The notes under the pieces: model-generated | The model's database searches: none | Told to the model about the DNA's origin: nothing | Seen by the model: only the letters and a program-made list of their open reading frames with translations | Assembly: GCA_000503835.1 (NCBI GenBank) | Contig: CP006914.1 | Span: 239,341-303,340, forward strand | DNA: 64,000 nucleotides | DNA from: a candidate division WWE3 bacterium RAAC2_WWE3_1 | Lineage (GTDB): Bacteria; Patescibacteriota; WWE3; UBA101185; UBA10185 | Direction: 5' to 3' | Shown here: positions 22,910-31,749 of the stretch, piece after piece | Layout: every line of letters starts with the position of its first letter | How positions within the stretch are numbered: the stretch's first letter is position 1 | Made by a program: the position numbers and the translations under genes

Positions 22910-23116
22910 GTTAGTATATTTGTGATTCAATTATTTATACGATCTTCAGTTACGCTATCGTCCAAAAAACCAAAGCGTGAGGCACTTCACAGATTAACGT
23001 AGCCTCCTACTCACAATTATGATAATTTATTTAAGACCGTTTCTCTACAAACTAAAAATTTGTCAACTATTAGATTAACCCAACACCACCCCATTTAAAC
23101 CGCCTCACCTAAAATT

Positions 23117-23455
23117 CTAAAATAGCGCAGTAGTTCTAACTTTTCTCCTAACTTCCTTATAATTCGGAATGGTCCTTTCTACCTCCGCCCAGAATCTCTT
23201 AGAGTGATTGAACTCTATCAGGTGACAAAGTTCGTGAACGATCACGTAGTCTCTCTGGTCTTTAGGCAATAACGCAACCTTGTAGTTAAAATTCAAATTT
23301 CTAGCTTTTGAACAACTGCCCCACTTAGTTTTTTGATTTCTAATCGCAACTTTCCTGTATTTAACACCGTATAAATGGGCAAAAAATTCGAGGCATTCAA
23401 GTATGACTTTCCTGGCAACCGTCTTATTTTCAAGATAGTGTCTTTTCGAGCGCAT
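23117..23455 (-). CDS. YgjP/DUF45-like (SprT/WLM-like) zinc metallohydrolase, 112 aa
   Basis: HExxH motif in YVIVHELCHLIEFNHSKRFW, matching the DUF45 consensus (vvHElaHl.e.nHs..Fw). Confidence 0.6.
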   Translation of the reverse strand: MRSKRHYLENKTVARKVILECLEFFAHLYGVKYRKVAIRNQKTKWGSCSKARNLNFNYKVALLPKDQRDYVIVHELCHLIEFNHSKRFWAEVERTIPNYKEVRRKVRTTALF

Positions 23456-23614
23456 ATTTTAATAGTTTACCAAGAAGTGTCAGGATTAGTCCTGGATAAA
23501 TATAGGGCGTTAAAAGCTGCTTTGCAGGCTTGCTAGCCGTTTAACCTTTAAAGTAGTACAATGACAAAGCGGAAGGAGGTATAAATAGGTTTAACCCCCA
23601 ATCTATAAAAAACT

Positions 23615-23812
23615 ATGAACGGAACAATTAAAACTAAGACAGATAAAGGATTCGGATTCATTTCTCGTGACGGAGAAACCAAGGATCTTTTCTTTCACTC
23701 TAACAATCTAACAGGCGTTACATTTGACGAGCTTCAAGTCGGAGCAGCAGTTACATTTGATGTAGTCAACAGCGACAAAGGACCGAGAGCAGAAGACGTA
23801 CAGCTTGCTTAA
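23615..23812 (+). CDS. cspA: Cold-shock protein (CspA family), 65 aa
   Basis: RNP1 KGFGFI and RNP2-like FFHS motifs; canonical length. Confidence 0.9.
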   Translation: MNGTIKTKTDKGFGFISRDGETKDLFFHSNNLTGVTFDELQVGAAVTFDVVNSDKGPRAEDVQLA

Positions 23813-23849
23813 TAGAGTCGATAATAAAAGGTAGAATTGCGAAAAAGAG

Positions 23850-23899
23850 AAACACATCCCCGTATTATAAATATTTAAAGGATGTGTTTTCTTTTTTTT
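23850..23899 (+). terminator. Rho-independent terminator after cspA
   Basis: Stem aaacacatcc / ggatgtgttt with a 19-nt A/T loop, followed by a 10-T run. Confidence 0.6.
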
Positions 23900-24013
23900 A
23901 AAAAACTCCTCGGTGAGCTCTCGCCATACAATTCTCAAATAGTTAACAAGTCCAGAAATAGTGGTATGATGGTCGCAATACTATAACCTGAAATACACGA
24001 AAAAGGAGAGAAA

Positions 24014-24274
24014 ATGTTCACAATCTTTGATATGGCTAGGATGCTCAAGGAAGCCACGGCCATGGCAGCCCGGCGGTCAGTAGTAAAACCGCTCCATGAG
24101 TGGATTTTGGAGAAGAAGAAATTTACATGTTGGGAAGCCGGGAAGGAGCACGACAGACTGGTGAAAGAAGGTTTTGAAGGGTTGTGTGTCGACTCTTCGC
24201 TAGAGGAGCTCCTTCGTACTTATGTTGAGATTGGTCTTTTAAGACTGGAGGGGGATGTTTACACGCTGGTGTGA
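24014..24274 (+). CDS. Hypothetical small protein, 86 aa
   Basis: ORF with RBS-like aaaaggagag before the ATG; no recognisable motif. Confidence 0.3.
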   Translation: MFTIFDMARMLKEATAMAARRSVVKPLHEWILEKKKFTCWEAGKEHDRLVKEGFEGLCVDSSLEELLRTYVEIGLLRLEGDVYTLV

Positions 24275-24407
24275 GAAATTGTTCGTATACAGCACCTCGG
24301 GACTCATAGAAATATGAATCACGGGGTGTTTTTCTATTTTGACTAATATTTCGTATGCCTGACCGTATTTAGTGAGGGCATGGTAGTCAAACCCCTTAAT
24401 AAGGAAA

Positions 24408-25658
24408 TTATCTGACAAAAGTCAAAGCAACGCCCTTTTTACCCATTCTTCCGGTTCTGCCTACACGGTGGATATAGTCTGTAAAAGTTGCCGGAGGATC
24501 GTAGTTAATAACGTGTGTGATATCGGGTACATCAATTCCTCTTGAGGCGACGTCCGTCGCTACCAATATGTCTATTTCATATCTCTTAAATTCATTTAAA
24601 ACTTTAGATCGCTGTCCTAACGATTTATTCCCGTGCAAAGCCCCTGATTTATGGCCTCTTTTTCTTAACTCCGAAGATATTTCCTCTGCCCCTCTTTTAG
24701 TTTTTGAAAACACCAGAACTCTTTTGAAATCAGCATTAATTAACAAGCCGTGCAATACTTCGATTTTGCTTTTGCTGGAATCTATTCTCACAATATCCTG
24801 GTCCACGTTTTTCACTGCTTCCTGTTTTTCAATCTCAACTTTGTAAGGGTTTCTCAATAAAGAGTTTGCGACCTCTTCTGATTTTTTTGATAGGGTAGCG
24901 GAGAAGAACAATGACTGTCTCGAATTATTTAATTTTGCAACAATCTTTTTAACATCATTAATAAATCCCATATCCAACATCTCATCTACCTCATCGAGAA
25001 TGATGTTATTAAAAGAACTTAAGTCTATTTGTTTTCTTTCGCACAAATCTAAAAGTCTCCCGGGGGTGGCAATTACGAAATGAGGATTTTTCTTAATAAG
25101 TCTTATTTGTTCCGAGTAGCTGGCGCCTCCCATAATAACGACATCTCTTAAGTGAGTTCCAGAAATGAGAAGGCTGTATTCGGTTCTGATTTGATTAATT
25201 AGTTCTCTGGTAGGAGCAATTATCAAACATTTCTGGCCCTGATTTTTCATAATCTTATTTATCATTGGTATTAGGTAGGCGGCTGTTTTTCCCGATCCCG
25301 TGCAGGCTACTCCCAGAACATCCTGTCCGCTCAATATTTGAGGTATTATTTCTGCCTGGATTTTGGTGGGATGCAGGTAAGACTTTTTAGAGATATTTTT
25401 TTGCAAAGATTGAACAAGTGTATAGTCGCTAAAGGTCATATTGGGAACGTACATTGACTCTGACTCGCCTTTGACAGCCTTAGAAACGAATAAGTCGGTG
25501 TTTAGATATGCTCCGGAATAGGGATTTCTTCTTTGAAATCTGCTTGCGCCTCCGAAACTACTGCCGGAATTGCTGTAATTACGAGCACTTCCGAACTTTC
25601 TTCGGCTACGGGCAAACCTCGAACTGCTATTACTATGTCCATAACTTTTAGTATGCAT
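24408..25658 (-). CDS. DEAD-box ATP-dependent RNA helicase with N-terminal Arg/Ser/Gly-rich extension
   Basis: Q motif (F..Y.L...LQKN...PT.IQ), motif I CTGSGKTAAYLIP, motif II DEVDEML, motif III SAT, motif VI HRVGRTGR. A ~70-aa basic low-complexity N-terminus (SRFARSRRKFGSARNYSNSGSSFGGASRFQRR). Confidence 0.85.
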   Translation of the reverse strand: MHTKSYGHSNSSSRFARSRRKFGSARNYSNSGSSFGGASRFQRRNPYSGAYLNTDLFVSKAVKGESESMYVPNMTFSDYTLVQSLQKNISKKSYLHPTKIQAEIIPQILSGQDVLGVACTGSGKTAAYLIPMINKIMKNQGQKCLIIAPTRELINQIRTEYSLLISGTHLRDVVIMGGASYSEQIRLIKKNPHFVIATPGRLLDLCERKQIDLSSFNNIILDEVDEMLDMGFINDVKKIVAKLNNSRQSLFFSATLSKKSEEVANSLLRNPYKVEIEKQEAVKNVDQDIVRIDSSKSKIEVLHGLLINADFKRVLVFSKTKRGAEEISSELRKRGHKSGALHGNKSLGQRSKVLNEFKRYEIDILVATDVASRGIDVPDITHVINYDPPATFTDYIHRVGRTGRMGKKGVALTFVR

Positions 25659-25738
25659 ATGTTTTTGGTGGGGAAAGAGAAAAAACGGGTTTATCTCAAT
25701 CAGACACAGCTAGAAGTATACCACGCAAGCCTTTATAT

Positions 25739-27568
25739 TCAAATTATCCTTGAAACAGCCCTTCGCCTTAAAGTAGGGTCCAGAATCTTTTTTCTTAATC
25801 TTAGGGACACCGGAGTTATCTCCAAAAGCTCGTCGTCCTCTAAAAGCCCTAAGTACTGCTCTAAACTCATCTCTACCGGCGGAGGAATTGTGATGCCGTC
25901 CTCGCCCGAAGACCTGTTATTGGTCAGTTGCTTCTCTTTACAGACGTTAACTTCCACGTCCTCATCCCGGCCGTTTAGGCCTACTATCATCCCTTGATAG
26001 ACCATTGTCTGCGGTCCGATGAAAACAGGGCCTTTTTCGTGTGCTGGTACAAGTCCGTGCGGTACGGCCTTGCCGCTGTGAGAGGCTATAATAGCGCCTT
26101 TTCTTAGTTTAGGTATGGATGCACCAATTTTCTCGTACCTTGAGAACATTGAACTTAAGACCGCCGTACCTTTTGAAAGGGTTAATAAAACGCTTCTTAA
26201 GCCAAGAATACCCCGCGTAGCTATTTCAAAAACAAGTCTTGAAGATTCTGAAGTAAGCTCTTCCTGGGACATCAAAACTCCGTGTCTTCTTCCCAATTCA
26301 CTTTTTATTGCGCCGAGGTGCATATTTTCAACGTCAATAGTAAGCTCCTCTACAGGTTCCATTTCTACGCCGTCAATAACTTTGGTTATAACTCGGGGTT
26401 TGCCTACACTAAGTTCAAACCCTTCTCTTCGTAGGGTTTCTAGGAATACGGAAAGATGGAGCTCGCCACGTCCGGATAAAACATACTGGCCTTCTTCGAT
26501 TTTAAATTTCATAGCGACGTTTGTTTGAAGCTCCCGTTCTATTCTTTCCAAGATCTGGCGCCCTGTTAAAAATTTACCTTCTTTGCCTAAAAAGGGAGAA
26601 GTATTTGGTCCGATTGATATAGCCAGTGTTGGTTCCTCGATTTTTATAGTGGGCAATGCTTCCGGTGTAGTAGCGTCGCAAACTGTATCTCCGATACCTG
26701 CATTTTTAATTCCGGTTATCGAAACAATATCTCCGGATACGCCTATTTCGGTTTCAACTCTTTTTAAACCCCGATTCACGAAAACTCTCTCAACAATATT
26801 TTTTTCAGGTTTTCCGCCCGATGAGATTAGAACTACAGGCATTCCCGGTTTAACAACACCACGGGTCACCCTTCCGATCGCGTATTTACCTTTATAGTTG
26901 TCCCAGTCCAAAGTTGAGACCAGCATTTGAAAAGGTTCGCTATCCCGTGACTCAGGCTGAGGTACGTGCTTTAGGACAGCCTCAAAAATGGGAGTAAAAT
27001 CGGCAGGAGCAGCGGTCAGTTCTGCAAGTTTCGAGAAATCAAAATCTTTCCAGGCTTTTCCATCCCTACCTATTGCGTAAAGAATAGGAAATTCAAGCTG
27101 GCTTTCGTGCGTTGCCAGTTCCAGAAAAAGATCATATATTTTGTGCAGGGAATTCTTAATCAAGGCGTCTTTTTTATCTATTTTGTTTACAATAACAATT
27201 ATTTTTAAACCCAATTCCAACGCCTTTTTTAAAACGAATTTGGTCTGGGGCATCGGGCCTTCCTGCGAGTCCACTACCAGCAGTGCGCCGTCAGCCATAT
27301 TTAAGGTGCGCTCTACTTCGCCACCGAAATCTGAATGACCGGGCGTGTCTATAATGTTAATTTTTGTATCTTTATAAATAACGGCAGTATTTTTGGCCAA
27401 AATGGTTATGCCTCTCTCGCGTTCCTGGTCGTTGGAGTCCAAAATCAAATCCTGATTCATCTCGGATTCGTTGTCCCTAAAGGTTTTGGACTGCTTCAAC
27501 AATCCATCAACAATGGTGGTTTTTCCGTGGTCGACGTGTGCAATTATGGCTATATTTCTTAGGTTCAT
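25739..27568 (-). CDS. bipA: Translational GTPase BipA/TypA
   Basis: G1 AHVDHGKTT, DTPGH, NKID. Overall length ~609 aa from MNLRNIAIIAHVDHGKTTIVDGLL. The ORF track start at 27712 adds 48 implausible residues. Confidence 0.9.
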   Translation of the reverse strand: MNLRNIAIIAHVDHGKTTIVDGLLKQSKTFRDNESEMNQDLILDSNDQERERGITILAKNTAVIYKDTKINIIDTPGHSDFGGEVERTLNMADGALLVVDSQEGPMPQTKFVLKKALELGLKIIVIVNKIDKKDALIKNSLHKIYDLFLELATHESQLEFPILYAIGRDGKAWKDFDFSKLAELTAAPADFTPIFEAVLKHVPQPESRDSEPFQMLVSTLDWDNYKGKYAIGRVTRGVVKPGMPVVLISSGGKPEKNIVERVFVNRGLKRVETEIGVSGDIVSITGIKNAGIGDTVCDATTPEALPTIKIEEPTLAISIGPNTSPFLGKEGKFLTGRQILERIERELQTNVAMKFKIEEGQYVLSGRGELHLSVFLETLRREGFELSVGKPRVITKVIDGVEMEPVEELTIDVENMHLGAIKSELGRRHGVLMSQEELTSESSRLVFEIATRGILGLRSVLLTLSKGTAVLSSMFSRYEKIGASIPKLRKGAIIASHSGKAVPHGLVPAHEKGPVFIGPQTMVYQGMIVGLNGRDEDVEVNVCKEKQLTNNRSSGEDGITIPPPVEMSLEQYLGLLEDDELLEITPVSLRLRKKILDPTLRRRAVSRII

Positions 27569-27617
27569 AGACAAGCGTTCATTATACACGCTATCGGCAG
27601 TTGCGGTTAATCCGTCA

Positions 27618-27648
27618 TTGACATATCGAAAGCATTTTGGTTTACAAT
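27618..27648 (+). promoter_or_regulatory. Candidate sigma70-type promoter (TTGACA ... TACAAT, 19-nt spacer) for the large secreted protein gene; possibly leaderless
   Basis: -35 TTGACA at 27618-27623 and -10 TACAAT at 27643-27648. The 19-nt spacing is suboptimal. ATG 27655 sits ~7 nt after the -10. Confidence 0.25.
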
Positions 27649-27654
27649 AATAGT

Positions 27655-30600
27655 ATGCAAATAAAAAGGACGTCTGAGCACGGCTTTGCGCACGTTGCTT
27701 TGGTTCTTGCAATTTTACTGACAGCCGGTGCCGTTCTATCCTTCAAAGAAATCCCAAAAGTAAAAGAACTATCACGCACTCTGCTCGGAAAAATTGACCC
27801 GGGGAATGTGCTGTCCCTGGCCACAGGGAGACTTTACTATGTAGACTGTCAAAAGGGAAATGATTCGAACTCAGGAAATTCTGAAGGCTCCCCCTGGAAG
27901 ACATTTTCAAAGGTGAACGGTGTGGCTTTAACGGCCGGTGACGCGGTTTACATAAAACGTGATGGGATCTGCACCGATACCGTAAACGGTGTTTTAAATA
28001 TAACTTCGAGCGGCAACTCGACAGATCAGATATTAATCAGTTCCTACGGTGTCGGTTCTTATCCGAAGATTGTTAAAACGGTAAGCGGGGATGCTATAAA
28101 CGTAAGCGGAGCGTACATTTTAATATCCAATATTCATGTAACAGCCGATCTGTCTACTGTTACAAAAGACTCTGCCTGTCAAAACGGTCCTATAGGGACA
28201 ATGTCGGGCATAAGACTTGATAAAAACTCTCACGACGTGACTGTTAGAAATATTATAGCCTCGAAACTTTACGCCGGTGTATACATTGCAGGTGATCTGA
28301 CAACCGGACCCGTCTCCAGTCGCAACAAAATTTTAAACAGCGTTTTTATAGACAACAAAATGATGAACTCTCAATCAAGCGCGGGTGCCATGGGTGTCTT
28401 AGTTTGGGGTGATGATAACGAAATAGCTTACAACGAGTTTTCGGGTAACGACGCCTGTTCCAGACTTTATACAAGGGATGGCTCGGCTGTCGAAATCTAC
28501 GGGGGAAAGAGAAATAACATCCATCACAACAGAGCTTATAATAACGAGACGTTCTCGGAGCTCGGGCACGTGAGAACGGATAGCAATAAGTTCGGGTACA
28601 ACCTGGTAGTTTCTAAACTTCCTTATTCAAAAGGCTTTGTCACCAGGGGCGGTGGGGACAGCTATGGTCCGGTGCCCAATTCAACATTTTATAACAACAC
28701 GGTATATCTTACAGGATCGACCTCACAGGCTTTCGTATGCGCCGGGGACTGCAATACGACGACATCTCCCGTTTTCACAATCAAGAACAATATTTTTTCC
28801 GGAGCGCAAAAGTCCGCCTATTTCGGAGGCACTTCATTTGTAGAGTCCAATAATATCTTCAACAAAACTCCTGAACCGACATCTTACAGCATTAACGGGT
28901 CGTCCAAAGTGACGGACCCCCAGTTCGCAACTATTGAGGACGCCTATGCCTCAGTTCTGGACTTCCACTTAAAATCTACAAGTCCGGCTGTAAACGCAGG
29001 CACAAGTGATAATGGAGGATATACCACAGATTTGGACGGATCCGGCGTGCCGGTGTCAACAACGGACATAGGAGCTTTTGAATATGGGGCCACCGGCGCA
29101 CCTGCAGGGCCTTCATTTTCTTTTGGCTCTGTAGGTGACCATGGTTACGGAAGTGCTGGCAGCGGGGTGTTTACCAAAGCGTCTCAATCGGGGCTGGATC
29201 TATTTTTGTCACTCGGCGATTTGTCTTACCAATTACCCAGCGGAAAAAATGAATATACTTGGTGCAACGAATACGTCAAGCCTTCATGGGGCAGTAAGCC
29301 TTTCTCGATTATTGCCGGAGGGCACGAAAATGGCGTGGATAACGCCGGGAACGGTGTCATAGATTATTTCGTTGACGACACCTGTCTTCCTGACCGAGTG
29401 AACGGTGTTCAGTCTCCTAATTTAGGTACCGGAGGCTCACCTACAGGAACAGACAACATAGGCAAGGAATTTTATTTCGACTATCCGGCTGAAAATCCTA
29501 CAACCAGGTTCATTTTAGTAGATCCGAAGATGAATTTCTTATATGGCGGGTTGTACACTTTTTCGGTCGGAAACGAAAGATACAACTGGCTCAGTGACAG
29601 GATAGATGAAGCTCGTGTTTTAGGCCGTAAATGGATTATCGTGGCTAACCATGAAAATTATATAAGCAGTGGTATTAAAAGCGATGAGATAGGGTCGGAC
29701 TACTTTAACCTTGTTATGAAAAAGAGGCCCGATTTGTTACTACAGGGGCATGACCACAATTACCAAAGAGGTAAACAACTCTATCTGAATTCTTCGTGCC
29801 CATCCATATCGGCATCAACATCAACCGCAGGAAATTCAGCGTGCATTGTTTCCGGATCACTGGGCGGGGACGGACCTAATTACTCAAAAGGTCTCGGAAC
29901 AGTGTTGGTAATAAACGGTTCCGGCGGCGTAGGACACTACACTCTAAGCAGTTCTTCCGATGTTCACTACAATTACTTTGCGGCGAGAAACGATACGGCG
30001 TTCGGGTTTTCTAAATTTACGGTAACACCGAGCGGTATTACATCGTCGTATGTTGACAAAGCAACAACCTCTCCGTTCACCGATACCTTTTCCATCTCTG
30101 TCTCCGGAAGCACCGTGACCCCTCCGCCTCCTCCGGAAGCTGATACGACTGCTCCAAGTACACCTACGAACTTAACGGCGGCCGTAGTGTCCTCCACCCA
30201 GATTAACTTAACCTGGTCCGCGTCAACTGATAACGTGGGAGTTACAGGATATGAAGTTTATCGAAACGGTGTTAAAGCGGGAACGGTTACTTCTACGTCT
30301 TACAACAGTACCGGCCTGACCGCTTCTACAGCCTACAATTACTACGTTAGAGCTTTTGACGCCGCCTCAAACTTTTCTTCTGCCTCTACTACTGTAAGTG
30401 CAACAACACAATCTGCTCCTGATACATCCGCTCCCACACCGCCGGCAAATCTAACCGGGACTGTGGTATCGCAGTCGCAAATTAACCTGACGTGGACACC
30501 TTCCTCGGATAATGTGGGGGTTACAGGCTACGATGTGTACAGAAATAATACTAAGGTCGGGACTGTAACATCGGCGTCTTATACTAATACAGGACTTACG

Positions 30601-31248
30601 GCAGGTACTACTTACACTTTCTTTATTAAGGCGTTCGACGCGGCCGGTAATGTTTCGGGGGCATCCAATACTGTAAGTGCTACCACTTTCGCTGCCCCAG
30701 ATACAACTGCACCGACTGCTCCCGCGAACTTAATTGCGACTGTAATATCTTCTACACAAATAAATCTGACCTGGTCCGCATCAACCGATGATGTCGGTGT
30801 AACGGCATATGAGGTGTACAGGGACAATGTAAAGGTCGCAACGATAACAACAACCGGTTACGGGGATGCTACGAGATCTCCGGCAACAACTTATTACTAC
30901 TACGTCAAGGCCCGTGATGCCGCAGGAAATCTATCGACGGCCAGTGCTACTGTAGCTGCGACAACTCTTCCGCAGGTAACCACCATAGCTTCCGTTCACG
31001 GTACGGTTTTTTCGTCTTCAAATACGCCGATATATTTAGGTAAGATTACGGTAATAAAAGACGGAGTTAGTAAGTCGAAGAAAACTTACTATACTGATTC
31101 AAAAGGTGCGTTTTCGATTCCAAATCTGACTACCGGCACGTACAAAGTGACATACTCGGCTAAACAGCACGTTTCACAGAGCGAAAGTGTGGTAATAACA
31201 AGTACAACAACCGACATCACTAAAAATATTATTTTACAAAGGAGATAA
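27655..31248 (+). CDS. Large secreted multidomain protein: signal peptide, right-handed beta-helix region, calcineurin-like metallophosphatase domain, 3 tandem fibronectin type III domains, C-terminal carboxypeptidase-regulatory-like domain
   Basis: The signal peptide is HVALVLAILLTAGAVLS. Beta-helix-like N/G/S/T-rich repeats are present. Metallophosphatase motifs are GDLSY, VANHENY and GHDHNYQR. Three copies of TAPSTPTNLTAAVVSSTQINLTWSASTDNVGVTGYEVYRNG give the FN3 domains. The C-terminus reads GKITVIKDGVSKSKKTYYTDSKGAFSIPNLTTGTYKVTYSAKQH. The ORF track start at 27637 lies inside the putative promoter; MQIK at 27655 is preferred. Confidence 0.7.
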   Translation: MQIKRTSEHGFAHVALVLAILLTAGAVLSFKEIPKVKELSRTLLGKIDPGNVLSLATGRLYYVDCQKGNDSNSGNSEGSPWKTFSKVNGVALTAGDAVYIKRDGICTDTVNGVLNITSSGNSTDQILISSYGVGSYPKIVKTVSGDAINVSGAYILISNIHVTADLSTVTKDSACQNGPIGTMSGIRLDKNSHDVTVRNIIASKLYAGVYIAGDLTTGPVSSRNKILNSVFIDNKMMNSQSSAGAMGVLVWGDDNEIAYNEFSGNDACSRLYTRDGSAVEIYGGKRNNIHHNRAYNNETFSELGHVRTDSNKFGYNLVVSKLPYSKGFVTRGGGDSYGPVPNSTFYNNTVYLTGSTSQAFVCAGDCNTTTSPVFTIKNNIFSGAQKSAYFGGTSFVESNNIFNKTPEPTSYSINGSSKVTDPQFATIEDAYASVLDFHLKSTSPAVNAGTSDNGGYTTDLDGSGVPVSTTDIGAFEYGATGAPAGPSFSFGSVGDHGYGSAGSGVFTKASQSGLDLFLSLGDLSYQLPSGKNEYTWCNEYVKPSWGSKPFSIIAGGHENGVDNAGNGVIDYFVDDTCLPDRVNGVQSPNLGTGGSPTGTDNIGKEFYFDYPAENPTTRFILVDPKMNFLYGGLYTFSVGNERYNWLSDRIDEARVLGRKWIIVANHENYISSGIKSDEIGSDYFNLVMKKRPDLLLQGHDHNYQRGKQLYLNSSCPSISASTSTAGNSACIVSGSLGGDGPNYSKGLGTVLVINGSGGVGHYTLSSSSDVHYNYFAARNDTAFGFSKFTVTPSGITSSYVDKATTSPFTDTFSISVSGSTVTPPPPPEADTTAPSTPTNLTAAVVSSTQINLTWSASTDNVGVTGYEVYRNGVKAGTVTSTSYNSTGLTASTAYNYYVRAFDAASNFSSASTTVSATTQSAPDTSAPTPPANLTGTVVSQSQINLTWTPSSDNVGVTGYDVYRNNTKVGTVTSASYTNTGLTAGTTYTFFIKAFDAAGNVSGASNTVSATTFAAPDTTAPTAPANLIATVISSTQINLTWSASTDDVGVTAYEVYRDNVKVATITTTGYGDATRSPATTYYYYVKARDAAGNLSTASATVAATTLPQVTTIASVHGTVFSSSNTPIYLGKITVIKDGVSKSKKTYYTDSKGAFSIPNLTTGTYKVTYSAKQHVSQSESVVITSTTTDITKNIILQRR
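30130..30960. repeat. Three tandem ~290-bp DNA repeats encoding the FN3 domains
   Basis: Repeated blocks ...ccggaagctgatacgactgctccaagtacacctacgaacttaacggcg..., ...gctcctgatacatccgctcccacaccgccggcaaatctaaccggg..., ...gctgccccagatacaactgcaccgactgctcccgcgaacttaattgcg.... Confidence 0.7.
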
Positions 31249-31251
31249 CAA

Positions 31252-31680
31252 ATGAGTACATGCAAAGAAAAGGGTAATATCCTGCTCATGCTGGTAATTT
31301 TGGTAGCGGTTGTAGGCGGAGCGGTCTTGCTGTATCCCAAATACTTTCCGGCTAAGGAGGCCGTAGTTCAGGAGAACGTAGTGCTTCAGGGTGCTGATTT
31401 TGACATGCCTTTAGTTGAAATCAGAGTGACGTCCAAAGGGTTTGAACCGGCAGTTATAACTATAAAAAAAGGAGCAAGGGTCACGTGGGTAAATTCAGAC
31501 AAAATTGCACACAACTTGCTCTCGGTAGAAAACTTCGCAGCCAATAAAATAGATATTGATCTTGATGAAGTTTTGGAACCGGAAGATTCGTTGGAAATAC
31601 CTTTCGAGCAATCGGGGGTTTTTAAGTACGAGGACAAGGATAATCCGGAGGGCTACCAAGGTGTTGTCACGGTTGAGTAG
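31252..31680 (+). CDS. Membrane-anchored small protein with cupredoxin-like beta-sandwich domain lacking Cu ligands (142 aa)
   Basis: N-terminal TM (ILLMLVILVAVVGGAVLL). VEIRVTSKGFEPAVITIKKGARVTWVNSDKIAHNL resembles the cupredoxin-like F.P..I.V..G..V.W.N fold signature, but no Cys or Met ligand set is present. Confidence 0.3.
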   Translation: MSTCKEKGNILLMLVILVAVVGGAVLLYPKYFPAKEAVVQENVVLQGADFDMPLVEIRVTSKGFEPAVITIKKGARVTWVNSDKIAHNLLSVENFAANKIDIDLDEVLEPEDSLEIPFEQSGVFKYEDKDNPEGYQGVVTVE

Positions 31681-31749
31681 GTGATAAAAGCTTCGCTTCG
31701 GCTACGTCATTAGTCAGGCGGCAAGACCGTGGAATGTCAGTTCGTAAAG

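Noticed and set aside
27569-27712. 48-codon N-terminal extension of the bipA ORF
   Set aside because: BipA orthologs begin M-x-x-IRNIAIIAHVDHGKTT. The extension (…FLFAYYYCKPKCFRYV…) is not protein-like and would overlap the divergent promoter region.
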